A DNA stretch of 64,000 nt from Escherichia phage SF. A model generated the notes under the pieces. It was not told where the DNA came from. It was given only the letters and a program-made list of their open reading frames with translations, and ran no database searches. The position numbers were made by a program, and so were the translations under genes. How positions within the stretch are numbered: the stretch's first letter is position 1; the number at the start of each line of letters is the position of its first letter. The stretch is from sequence record MH359124; one strand, 5' to 3'. Positions 47,289 through 54,975 of the stretch are shown one piece after another.

Positions 47289-47362
47289 GGCCCTGTAGCT
47301 CAACGGTTAGCAGCAGTCCCCTCATAAGGGAAAGGTTACCAGTTCGAATCTGGTCTGGGTCA
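47289..47362 (+). tRNA. tRNA with anticodon CAT (Met/Ile2 type)
   Basis: Manual cloverleaf: acceptor GGCCCTG/CTGGGTC (one mismatch), D-arm GCTC-AACGGTTAG-CAGC, anticodon loop CTCATAA, T-arm ACCAG-TTCGAAT-CTGGT; 6 nt before the next tRNA. Stems are imperfect. Confidence 0.6.
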
Positions 47363-47368
47363 TATATT

Positions 47369-47445
<77 letters not shown>

Positions 47446-47463
47446 ACTTTAAGTGAGGAAAAT

Positions 47464-47808
47464 ATGAAAGGCAACATTTATCTGGTAGTTCATGATTTAA
47501 CGTTTTATTTTAACGAATATGATACAGTTATTTCTCATCGATTGATTAATTCGCTGTATCAGCATGCCGATTACATCTATGTTCAAAATGAATTTGGTCA
47601 TTGGAAGTTCATTAAAAATCGTTCTGGGTTAACTAGTTTTGAATACTTTGACCGTAAAGACCTTTTAAACGAAATCCCATTGCAACATCGGTTCCAGAAA
47701 CGTGAATCATTATATTATTGCCGCCATATACCAAACGCCGAATGTGTTAATGAAGCGATTAATCTATGGCGTCGGCGTCGAGAGCAAATTGATGATATGC
47801 CAAAATAA
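47464..47808 (+). CDS. hypothetical protein
   Basis: ATG 47464 with strong RBS GAGGAA; 114 aa; the track ORF start at 47416 lies inside tRNA-Arg. Confidence 0.6.
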   Translation: MKGNIYLVVHDLTFYFNEYDTVISHRLINSLYQHADYIYVQNEFGHWKFIKNRSGLTSFEYFDRKDLLNEIPLQHRFQKRESLYYCRHIPNAECVNEAINLWRRRREQIDDMPK

Positions 47809-47959
47809 GAAGCCGGGTCGCTACCGGTAAGTCGTCGGACTGATGTTCCCTGCGTAAGGACTGGTCTTAAATAAATCTTTATGATTTGTTAATATCCCCT
47901 TACATCACAGCAGAAACGGCGCACAGAATTATCGATTCGAGGAAATATCTTTGCCGTAA

Positions 47960-48150
47960 GCCGAGTAGCGTTTTTGACGGAACGTTCGGATATGGTCGAG
48001 ATATGGCCTTTTAAAAATATTGAGTAGCGTCAACTGCTTAATAACCGGGTTCGAATCCCGGCGTTTCGTACAAACACTTGCCTTAGCAGGTGGAACCCCG
48101 ACAAGGTTGCCGCAAGGCATAGCCCCTTCCGAAAGGTTGGGGCTTTTTGG
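47960..48150 (+). ncRNA. candidate small stable RNA with tRNA-like T-arm and terminator (possibly analogous to T4 rnaC/rnaD)
   Basis: 385-bp ORF-free stretch next to the tRNAs; tRNA-like T-arm CCGGG-TTCGAAT-CCCGG (48045..48061) and pairing 7-nt acceptor-like strands; GC hairpin plus T-run at 48121..48148. Boundaries approximate. Confidence 0.35.
48121..48148 (+). terminator. rho-independent terminator (AGCCCC...GGGGCT plus TTTTT)
   Basis: agccccttccgaaaggttggggcttttt at the end of the ORF-free RNA region. Confidence 0.65.
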
Positions 48151-48193
48151 CATAATAATAAATAGATAAGTTAATTAACTTAGGAAAAGCAAA

Positions 48194-48658
48194 ATGAAAT
48201 CATACGCCGAATTTTTGACTGAACAATCTAGTTCAGATGTAAAAGCCGCTGCGATTGCAGCAATTCAAGCAGGTAAATATTCTTACAAAGACGCCTCTGA
48301 TGAAGAACGTTTCCGTTTTATTAGAGATTTTAAAGCCGAAGGTTTTACTAATGCTAATACTGTTAGCCGAGTTTTTAAAAGCCTAGCTGCATCAGGTGAA
48401 TTGTTCCAGAAAGCTACAGGTAAAGCACCTGCGCCAAAAGCGGACCCTAAAGCCGCTCAAGAAAAAAATATCGCCAAAGGAATTATTTCTAAGTATGAAG
48501 CAATTCTTAAAGAGCTTTTAGTAATCAAAACAGAAGGCCAGAAACTGGCACGAGCACATAGCTTCAAAGATAATCCTCACGCTCATAGCCTTGAGTATGT
48601 TGAAGATATCCAAAAACTTATTAAAGACCGTATCTGGTCTGCTAAACAAATTAAATAA
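48194..48658 (+). CDS. internal-protein-like (CTS variant MKSYAEFLTE), 154 aa
   Basis: CTS-like N-terminus; flanked by near-identical terminator hairpins. Confidence 0.7.
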   Translation: MKSYAEFLTEQSSSDVKAAAIAAIQAGKYSYKDASDEERFRFIRDFKAEGFTNANTVSRVFKSLAASGELFQKATGKAPAPKADPKAAQEKNIAKGIISKYEAILKELLVIKTEGQKLARAHSFKDNPHAHSLEYVEDIQKLIKDRIWSAKQIK

Positions 48659-48664
48659 TAGAAT

Positions 48665-48691
48665 GCCCCTTCCTTACGGTTGGGGCTTTTT
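48665..48691 (+). terminator. rho-independent terminator after IP gene 48194, near-copy of 48121..48148
   Basis: gccccttccttacggttggggcttttt. Confidence 0.65.
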
Positions 48692-48829
48692 GGTATCTAG
48701 GCCTTTCCGGGAATCTCTAGGCATCATTTAGTTTATACCCTTTATAATAATATATTATCCTACCTTTTAATTGCCTCTCTCTGCCCTAGAATTCCCCGGA
48801 ACTTTTTAAAAATTTTTTTTCACAAAACT

Positions 48830-48859
48830 GTTTACATCCCTGTTCTTCCGTGGTACTAT
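48830..48859 (+). promoter_or_regulatory. early promoter GTTTACA...TACTAT
   Basis: ctGTTTACAtccctgttcttccgtggTACTATac upstream of ORF 48902. Confidence 0.55.
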
Positions 48860-48901
48860 ACAACTATCAACTACCGATACAGAAAAAACTTGGAGAATGA
48901 A

Positions 48902-49165
48902 ATGGATAATTACGGCGAACTGTTCAACTTCTTTATGAAATGTGTTCCAGAAGATTTCGGACGTACGGTGAATGATATTAAAGTTATCGGTCCTGAACAC
49001 CCTGTGTATGAAACCTATGCAGTAATGGGTAATGAAGACGGACAGTGGTATACAATTAAAGTTGTGATTAATATGTTCTCGGCCGAAGGCTACGCCAAAT
49101 CGTCTACCAAAGTTTACCATGATAACGATTTTGATGCGGAAGATTATTTCAATAATATGAAATAA
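48902..49165 (+). CDS. hypothetical protein
   Basis: ATG 48902 with RBS GGAG; early promoter at about 48830..48859. Confidence 0.55.
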   Translation: MDNYGELFNFFMKCVPEDFGRTVNDIKVIGPEHPVYETYAVMGNEDGQWYTIKVVINMFSAEGYAKSSTKVYHDNDFDAEDYFNNMK

Positions 49166-49223
49166 ATGTGTACATGGGCTCATGATTAAGATATTATGAG
49201 CCCTATTAATGAGAAAGAATGTT

Positions 49224-49529
49224 ATGAGTCTTTATACTGAACTGAATAAAAAATCTGAAGAATCTGCTGAAACTATTTTTAAAAACGTGCAAAAGCGTAT
49301 TTTAGAAAAGATGTATAACACTGCAGCTAAAGGTGAAAAATCTTGCCGGTTTCCGATGAGGTGTTCTTCTGATTTATGCGCAAATACTATTGAATGGCTG
49401 GAAAGTGAAGGTCTTACGGTAGAGAAAAACCCGGCGACTTCTATTGACAGTGAATCATATATTAGTATTTCTTGGGATAAACCACGTATTAATGAAGGAC
49501 ACTACAAGTTGTTGAGTTGGAAAAATTAA
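49224..49529 (+). CDS. hypothetical protein
   Basis: ATG 49224 with RBS GAGAAAG. Confidence 0.55.
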   Translation: MSLYTELNKKSEESAETIFKNVQKRILEKMYNTAAKGEKSCRFPMRCSSDLCANTIEWLESEGLTVEKNPATSIDSESYISISWDKPRINEGHYKLLSWKN

Positions 49530-49537
49530 AATAATGA

Positions 49538-49566
49538 TGTACAAGCACCAAAGATGGTGATACTAT
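49538..49566 (+). promoter_or_regulatory. early promoter for ORF 49596 (leader duplicated at 12690..12731)
   Basis: tgatactatagacttatcaactacagaggag shared with the 12732 upstream region; -35 is TGTACA here. Confidence 0.55.
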
Positions 49567-49595
49567 AGACTTATCAACTACAGAGGAGAAACAAA

Positions 49596-49823
49596 ATGGC
49601 TACAGTTAGTATTGATGTCGTTGATTATGAATACACTGAAGAAGTTATTCGCAACCGTCACCCTGAAGTTCGTATCGATTCAGTCCAAGATTCCAAGTTC
49701 TGGACAACTGAGCTTAATCTGAGTGGTCCTTATGAAGCTGTTAAGAAGTTCATGGTTGAAGAATACTGTGAAGGCATGCACCCGGAAGACGCCGAGTTTT
49801 ATGTCAATTTGATTAAAAAATAA
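49596..49823 (+). CDS. hypothetical acidic protein (75 aa)
   Basis: RBS GAGGAG; promoter and leader nearly identical to the one upstream of 12732. Confidence 0.6.
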   Translation: MATVSIDVVDYEYTEEVIRNRHPEVRIDSVQDSKFWTTELNLSGPYEAVKKFMVEEYCEGMHPEDAEFYVNLIKK

Positions 49824-49893
49824 TTTACAAACTCTTGAGAGCAGAGTATAATGCTCTCATTGGATAATAAACCACCAATTGAAAGGTAATAAT

Positions 49894-50487
49894 ATGAACA
49901 CACTGAAGAAACTTGTTGAATTCATCCGCACTAAACTGGGTACTGCTATGGCTAAAAATCTAACTGTCGAAGAACAGTATAACGCAGCTGCAGATAAGTT
50001 GATTACCCAAATCAAAGAACTAAAAACGGCTTCTGTTAAATCTATTAATGAAGAAAAACGTATTCGCGAACTTGTTATTGAAAAGAATAAGCAAGCCGCT
50101 TCTAAGGAACGTGAAATTCGTAAGCTCCTGGCTGAAGGACAAGATGTTACCATGCATGCTAAGCTTGGTCTTCTGTATCGTCGAACTGCCGAACAACTTA
50201 ATACAAAAGCTGATGGGTATGCCGCTATGCGAATTGAAATTGCTCGTAAGGTGGTTGAACTTGACGACGCTCGTCAGAATCTGGCAATCAAACTCGAATA
50301 CATTCGTGAAACTCGAGCAGCTAATGCCCTTGGTATCTCTACGGCCGATGATGTAATTGAAATCGCTGCACTGACTAAGGTTGATATCGAAGACACTCTG
50401 ACTCGTGTTGAAACGTTCAATGGCACTCCAACCGGTGTCGAAACCACTTCTGCTGATGTACAAGAATATATTAACTCTTTGAAATAA
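49894..50487 (+). CDS. coiled-coil protein (possibly PspA/IM30-like; weak inference)
   Basis: ATG 49894 with RBS AAAGG; 198 aa, predominantly helical and charged heptad-like; hairpin terminator follows. Confidence 0.6.
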   Translation: MNTLKKLVEFIRTKLGTAMAKNLTVEEQYNAAADKLITQIKELKTASVKSINEEKRIRELVIEKNKQAASKEREIRKLLAEGQDVTMHAKLGLLYRRTAEQLNTKADGYAAMRIEIARKVVELDDARQNLAIKLEYIRETRAANALGISTADDVIEIAALTKVDIEDTLTRVETFNGTPTGVETTSADVQEYINSLK

Positions 50488-50495
50488 AATAATAC

Positions 50496-50517
50496 GGAGG
50501 ACTCCGGTCCTCCTTTT
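50496..50517 (+). terminator. rho-independent terminator after ORF 49894 (GGAGGAC-tccg-GTCCTCC plus TTTT)
   Basis: Perfect 7-bp stem and T-run. Confidence 0.65.
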
Positions 50518-50536
50518 GGATAATAAAGGAGTTAAC

Positions 50537-51133
50537 ATGCGAAACCAAAATAATGATATTGACTCGATGTTCGAAGAGTTCCGAAATAAGGTAAATCCAC
50601 CTACGTCTTTAGTTGATTCATTACGATATGTTGCAACTGGACGTAAATGGTACTGGTCGTCTTCTTATGAGACAACTGAATATGCAAATAACCGAAAATC
50701 TTTATTAGCCCCAGGTATTATGATTCATGATATCGGAGCTATTGCTAAACTAGTTGCAGACCATGATATTAGATTCACCGATTTCGTTGCTCCTACGTGG
50801 TCTGTTTGTTGTTTAAACACTGAATGGGAATATATCAGCGAACGCTCTGAAGATTATTATGGTTTTAGAGACAAGCTTTTAAGGTCTAACATGTTTTATA
50901 TTGATACAGAAGTTCTGGTCAATAATAAAAAATACTATTTCACTTTAATAGTCGATTCTGAAACTATGTATGAAGGCAAGCCTTTGCTTAAAAGAGTTGA
51001 TGCTTTAAGTGCTATTGATGCGCTTTATGAAACCATGGTTGTTAGTCCTAATTTCACTAACAATTTAATCCTTGAGCAATTTATTATGGAATGTAGAGAA
51101 TATGTCAAAGCCAACCCTATACATGCCAAGTAA
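50537..51133 (+). CDS. hypothetical protein (199 aa)
   Basis: ATG 50537 with RBS AAGGAG; C-terminal region contains the FIMECRE junction motif. Confidence 0.65.
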   Translation: MRNQNNDIDSMFEEFRNKVNPPTSLVDSLRYVATGRKWYWSSSYETTEYANNRKSLLAPGIMIHDIGAIAKLVADHDIRFTDFVAPTWSVCCLNTEWEYISERSEDYYGFRDKLLRSNMFYIDTEVLVNNKKYYFTLIVDSETMYEGKPLLKRVDALSAIDALYETMVVSPNFTNNLILEQFIMECREYVKANPIHAK

Positions 51134-51497
51134 GCCCTGGGCGTATGAATACAAGCGTAAATTAATCCCAAATGAAGTACTATTTGGCCCTATTTTAGCT
51201 TTAGCATTTTTAATCTTTATGATTATAGGAGCTGTTTTAGATTCTAGTGAAGTTATATCGTCTGATGCAGTGTTTTTACTTATTATAGTCGGGTCGTTTA
51301 TTGTACCATTTTTATTAATGCCTATTAACTGGGTAGGATATTGGCACCAAGGCCGTCATCACAGAGCCCGATTAAGAGAATGGAAAGTTCAGTGCGCAAA
51401 AGCCCAAGCTCAGTATGATGAAGCTGTTAAAAAGTACGAATATGAAGAAGCTATGGAATTCGTTAAGGAAATAAGATGCAAAAGCCTCAACTCTTAA
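51102..51497 (+). CDS. small membrane protein (2 TM), ECR-family paralog
   Basis: Start at 51102 (alternative 51123); TM segments ILALAFLIFMIIGAVL and VFLLIIVGSFIVPFLL; C-terminus EFVKEIRCK. Confidence 0.6.
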   Translation: MSKPTLYMPSKPWAYEYKRKLIPNEVLFGPILALAFLIFMIIGAVLDSSEVISSDAVFLLIIVGSFIVPFLLMPINWVGYWHQGRHHRARLREWKVQCAKAQAQYDEAVKKYEYEEAMEFVKEIRCKSLNS

Positions 51498-51835
51498 CCG
51501 TATGGCCTTCTCTTGGTGAGAACATTCTAATTTTTATTATGAGTATTGGCGTGGGATTTGCCTTTGGATTAGTTGGATTTCTTATTGACGGCGTTGTGTT
51601 AGGATTTATAGGGAACACTGGTGGATTCACAGACCAATGGCAGGACTTACGGTATACCCAAGCCTTTGCATCCATCGCATCATTTTGTACTGTAGTCTAT
51701 TTTTACTATGATTTTATAAACCATAACAAGAAAAATAAAAAGGTTTACGCTTCTCAAATGATTAGTTATAATGAACTCCTAGCTAGACGTGAAAATGAAA
51801 CAATAGAAAACTTTATTAAGGAATGTAGAAAATGA
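51476..51835 (+). CDS. small membrane protein (2 TM), ECR-family paralog
   Basis: TM segments; C-terminus ENFIKECRK; coupled to the downstream gene. Confidence 0.65.
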   Translation: MQKPQLLTVWPSLGENILIFIMSIGVGFAFGLVGFLIDGVVLGFIGNTGGFTDQWQDLRYTQAFASIASFCTVVYFYYDFINHNKKNKKVYASQMISYNELLARRENETIENFIKECRK

Positions 51836-52137
51836 GTAAGATTATTGAAATTAAAGTACCAGAGTTTAATGATGCCAAATCCGCTTCAGATGCAATTTAT
51901 AAACTTCTGAATCAAGCTGAACGTATCGAAGAAGAAGCAACAAAGATCGCAGACCAATATGCCGTATCATTTTCTGTAGGTGATTATGGTAGCGGTCGTA
52001 CTTATTATCCTAAGGGTGAAATCGTATCCCAGTGGATGAAAAATGAAATTGAAAATAATGGTGGCGATGTTAAGCGTGAAGGTAATGGTTACGTTATTAC
52101 TGAAGGTGCTTGGGTTTCGTCTTCTGCGTTGTGCTAA
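51832..52137 (+). CDS. small protein, member 1 of a tandem paralog triplet (C-terminus GAWVSSSALC)
   Basis: 101 aa; shares C-terminal G-W-[VI]-[SA]-S-S-x-x-C and upstream spacer GCTAAGGAA with the next two ORFs. Confidence 0.65.
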   Translation: MSKIIEIKVPEFNDAKSASDAIYKLLNQAERIEEEATKIADQYAVSFSVGDYGSGRTYYPKGEIVSQWMKNEIENNGGDVKREGNGYVITEGAWVSSSALC

Positions 52138-52146
52138 GGAACCACT

Positions 52147-52419
52147 ATGTCTAAAGAACAAACCGAACTGGCTGAAGCCGTAGCAAAAATCTATGCAGCT
52201 ATTGAGGCTGCCAAAGAAATTGCTGATAAACAAAACACAACATTCGACTTGTATCCAGCTTATGGTATGGGTGGAACATATCATTCACCCGGACAGCTTA
52301 AAGCCGATCTTGAACGTTGTACAAAAAACGGCTATGCTGAATGGGCTGACGTTTACCAATACGACTACAACCTGAGCCTCGAAACTGGTGGTTGGATCGC
52401 ATCTTCTCACACTTGCTAA
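52147..52419 (+). CDS. small protein, member 2 of the tandem paralog triplet (C-terminus GGWIASSHTC)
   Basis: 90 aa; conserved C-terminus and RBS context. Confidence 0.65.
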   Translation: MSKEQTELAEAVAKIYAAIEAAKEIADKQNTTFDLYPAYGMGGTYHSPGQLKADLERCTKNGYAEWADVYQYDYNLSLETGGWIASSHTC

Positions 52420-52428
52420 GGAAACCAT

Positions 52429-52626
52429 ATGTCTCGTGAATTAGATTGTGCTGTACGTACTGCAGTAGCTGCCCTGGAAAACCTGTTCCAAATTGCAACA
52501 GAAGAACGCGAAGAAGTTACATTATGGATTGAAGATAACGCAGGTCTGAATCTCCAGGACGCGATCTCATTATCCCACAATAGTATCACTGTTCAAGGCT
52601 GGGTATCGTCTAGTTATTCTTGCTAA
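52429..52626 (+). CDS. small protein, member 3 of the tandem paralog triplet (C-terminus QGWVSSSYSC)
   Basis: 65 aa; conserved C-terminus and RBS context. Confidence 0.65.
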   Translation: MSRELDCAVRTAVAALENLFQIATEEREEVTLWIEDNAGLNLQDAISLSHNSITVQGWVSSSYSC

Positions 52627-52630
52627 AACA

Positions 52631-52670
52631 GTTTACAACAAGATAGGGCTATGTTATAGTAGTCCTATCA
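52631..52670 (+). promoter_or_regulatory. early promoter with stem-loop (PeSL)
   Basis: GTTTACAacaagaTAGGGCTAtgtTATAGTAGTCCTAtc. Confidence 0.65.
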
Positions 52671-52688
52671 AATTAAATGGAGTCCACA

Positions 52689-52928
52689 ATGATTTATTAC
52701 GAAAGTATTGGAACCGAAGTGGTTGCTAAAACCATTACTCGTGAAAAGTTTGCAAAGATATTCGATATGCGTTATAAAAAATCTGAACACAAAGGCATTC
52801 GATTCGAAGATGCGCACTGTACAATTTGCCCTTATAATGAAGACATAAATGGTACAATCGTTCCATTGGTAGAGGCTTCACATGATGACCTCTGGGATGA
52901 ATATAATATCGCATGTCGCGAAATTTAA
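52689..52928 (+). CDS. hypothetical protein
   Basis: ATG 52689 with RBS GGAG; PeSL-type promoter upstream. Confidence 0.55.
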   Translation: MIYYESIGTEVVAKTITREKFAKIFDMRYKKSEHKGIRFEDAHCTICPYNEDINGTIVPLVEASHDDLWDEYNIACREI

Positions 52929-52953
52929 GTAATCTAAATTCGAGGAAATTATT

Positions 52954-53910
52954 ATGATGTTAGTTATTGGTTCTCGTGCACTTCACTATCATGGACTTAT
53001 TGATTCTAATGCTATCAAAAATAGTGACTGGGACTTTATTGCAGACCAAGGTTCTTGGAATGCATTCAAAAATCAAATGATGGGTGTATATGTTCATCAA
53101 GATAACCCTGATGTCCAAGTTTTCAAATGCTTCCATAATGGACGCGAAACTCATTTTGAAGCATATATTGTTCCGGCAATCACTAATGTCCGTGAATTAG
53201 TCGGTGAACTCACTCCTGAAGATTTCACATCTTCTTACGACCTTTTAAAATACGCCAAGAAAAATTTGACCAAAGACCGTTTGAACGGGTTTTACTGGGC
53301 AACTCCTGAGATATGTCTTGCAATTAAGATGTCTCATCGTTTCAAGAAAAATAATCCATTCTTTTTAAAGACTATGAACCATATTCAGTATCTTCGTGGT
53401 AAAGGTGTTACACTGAACGACGAACTTACTGAAATTATGCTGAAACGCCAGAAAGAAACCTTGAACTATGCTCACCCAGTTCTTGACACTTCTAAAAGTG
53501 CGTTCTTTAAAGATGACATCTATACATATGACCATGATACTATTCATGAAGCCATTGCACTAACAGACCGCCCGGCTTATACATTTTACATGAAAGATGG
53601 TTCTGAAGTCATGACCTCACGCGAGAAGTTTGAATCATTACCAGAAATGGTAAAATTGGCTGGTGTATACGAAGAATCATGTGTACTAGCATTAGAACGT
53701 TCTCAGATTCCTAACGACTTTAAAATTAACCCTGAAGCCAGTTTTATGATGGCATTGGAAAAAGTCTGTACAAGCATCACCTCTGGTTGGTTCCGTGAGT
53801 ATGCCTGGGAAAACTATAGCAAAGTAGTAAGTATGTACCAAAGCTTAGGACATGATGATTACGTCAAACGTTTCAAACAAAATTTCCATATGGTAAAACC
53901 TTTCAAATAA
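52954..53910 (+). CDS. 318-aa protein with putative Pol-beta-type nucleotidyltransferase motif
   Basis: RBS GAGGAA; N-terminus MMLVIGSRALHYHGLIDSNAIKNSDWDFIA fits h-G-S...D-x-D, with a possible third carboxylate in HFEAYIV. Motif-level inference only. Confidence 0.7.
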   Translation: MMLVIGSRALHYHGLIDSNAIKNSDWDFIADQGSWNAFKNQMMGVYVHQDNPDVQVFKCFHNGRETHFEAYIVPAITNVRELVGELTPEDFTSSYDLLKYAKKNLTKDRLNGFYWATPEICLAIKMSHRFKKNNPFFLKTMNHIQYLRGKGVTLNDELTEIMLKRQKETLNYAHPVLDTSKSAFFKDDIYTYDHDTIHEAIALTDRPAYTFYMKDGSEVMTSREKFESLPEMVKLAGVYEESCVLALERSQIPNDFKINPEASFMMALEKVCTSITSGWFREYAWENYSKVVSMYQSLGHDDYVKRFKQNFHMVKPFK

Positions 53911-53922
53911 CTTCACAAAACT

Positions 53923-53962
53923 GTTTACATAATTATAGGGACTATGTTATAGTAGTCCTATT
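53923..53962 (+). promoter_or_regulatory. early promoter with stem-loop (PeSL)
   Basis: GTTTACAtaattaTAGGGACTAtgtTATAGTAGTCCTAtt. Confidence 0.65.
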
Positions 53963-53981
53963 AAAACATGAGGAGAATATT

Positions 53982-54287
53982 ATGAAATTAACAGAAACCA
54001 ATCGAATCGGTCTTTTAACAATATTTGCATCACCTTTTTACGCAGCTCTTTCTGTTGCAGTATTACAAAAGGCCTACGATATGGATGGAGTTACTGGTTT
54101 TGTATTCTTATCGCCGTTTTTGCTATTCGTTGGAGCATTGTTATTATACGCCACGACTAGTTTCGACCATAATGTCTGGGTCAATTATAAATGTAAATTG
54201 TCTGAAGAAGAACACGCAGAAGCTCGTAAAAAAGCTATTGAATCTACCAATCTAGAAAATTTCATTAAAGAATGTCGAGGAAAATAA
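53982..54287 (+). CDS. small membrane protein (2 TM), ECR-family paralog
   Basis: RBS GAGGAG; TM segments; C-terminus ENFIKECRGK. Confidence 0.65.
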   Translation: MKLTETNRIGLLTIFASPFYAALSVAVLQKAYDMDGVTGFVFLSPFLLFVGALLLYATTSFDHNVWVNYKCKLSEEEHAEARKKAIESTNLENFIKECRGK

Positions 54288-54288
54288 T

Positions 54289-54975
54289 ATGAATAGTTCT
54301 AAAGTGTTTAATAGTCAAGCTCGTGCAGTAGGTGGTTTTGCTCATGCGATTAAAAACGAGCAGATTAAAAACGAGCCTATGTTCTTTAACTGCGATTTGA
54401 ATTTTGCTTTTGATAATGGCGGTCCAATTACTCGTAGCTTTATCCAAAATCTTCCTGACGATTGGAAAGACTCGGATGTAGTATTTGATTCACGAGTCCA
54501 CATGCTGATGCCTGGTTGGTATCCTGCTATTCCTGGATATCACCATGATGATGTTCCTCGCCCTGATATTCCAGTTGGTCAACACTTTATTACTGCAGGA
54601 CAACCTGATTATGACAATCCTCGCTATTTGTCTGAACATATTCTTGGTCTTGTTAACGCTGATGTGTGTCCTACTCATTTTGCAACAGGAGCTGCAGAGT
54701 TCAGTCAGATTCCTGATGGCGAACTTATCTATCGCCAGTGGCACAAAGAAGTCCTCGAAAAAATTGAAAAAGGCGAACTAGAGAAATGGGAAGCTCCAGA
54801 TCGTACTCTTCTTCAGTTTGATTGGCAAACATGGCACACTGGTTCTCGTGCAATTAGTAATGGATGGCGTTGGTTCGGACGTGTATCTCGTAATACAGGC
54901 CGAGTTAAAAAGATTACCAATGAAATTCGTGTCAATGCTCAAGTTTATCTGGAATTCCCTATGGAAGGCTGGTAA
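54289..54975 (+). CDS. 228-aa His/Asp/Trp-rich protein (possible metal-binding enzyme)
   Basis: RBS GAGGAA; motifs PGYHHDD and CPTHF; no confident family assignment. Confidence 0.65.
   Translation: MNSSKVFNSQARAVGGFAHAIKNEQIKNEPMFFNCDLNFAFDNGGPITRSFIQNLPDDWKDSDVVFDSRVHMLMPGWYPAIPGYHHDDVPRPDIPVGQHFITAGQPDYDNPRYLSEHILGLVNADVCPTHFATGAAEFSQIPDGELIYRQWHKEVLEKIEKGELEKWEAPDRTLLQFDWQTWHTGSRAISNGWRWFGRVSRNTGRVKKITNEIRVNAQVYLEFPMEGW

Noticed and set aside
47978-48069. Possible third tRNA (acceptor-like strands plus a perfect T-arm)
   Set aside because: The ~60 nt between acceptor and T-arm cannot be folded into canonical D and anticodon arms, so it is not called as a tRNA; kept only as part of the ncRNA candidate.
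47929-48153. Minus-strand 74-aa ORF in the tRNA-adjacent region
   Set aside because: No RBS, overlaps the terminator hairpin and the tRNA-like element, and is antisense to the early transcription direction; the region is better explained as non-coding RNA.
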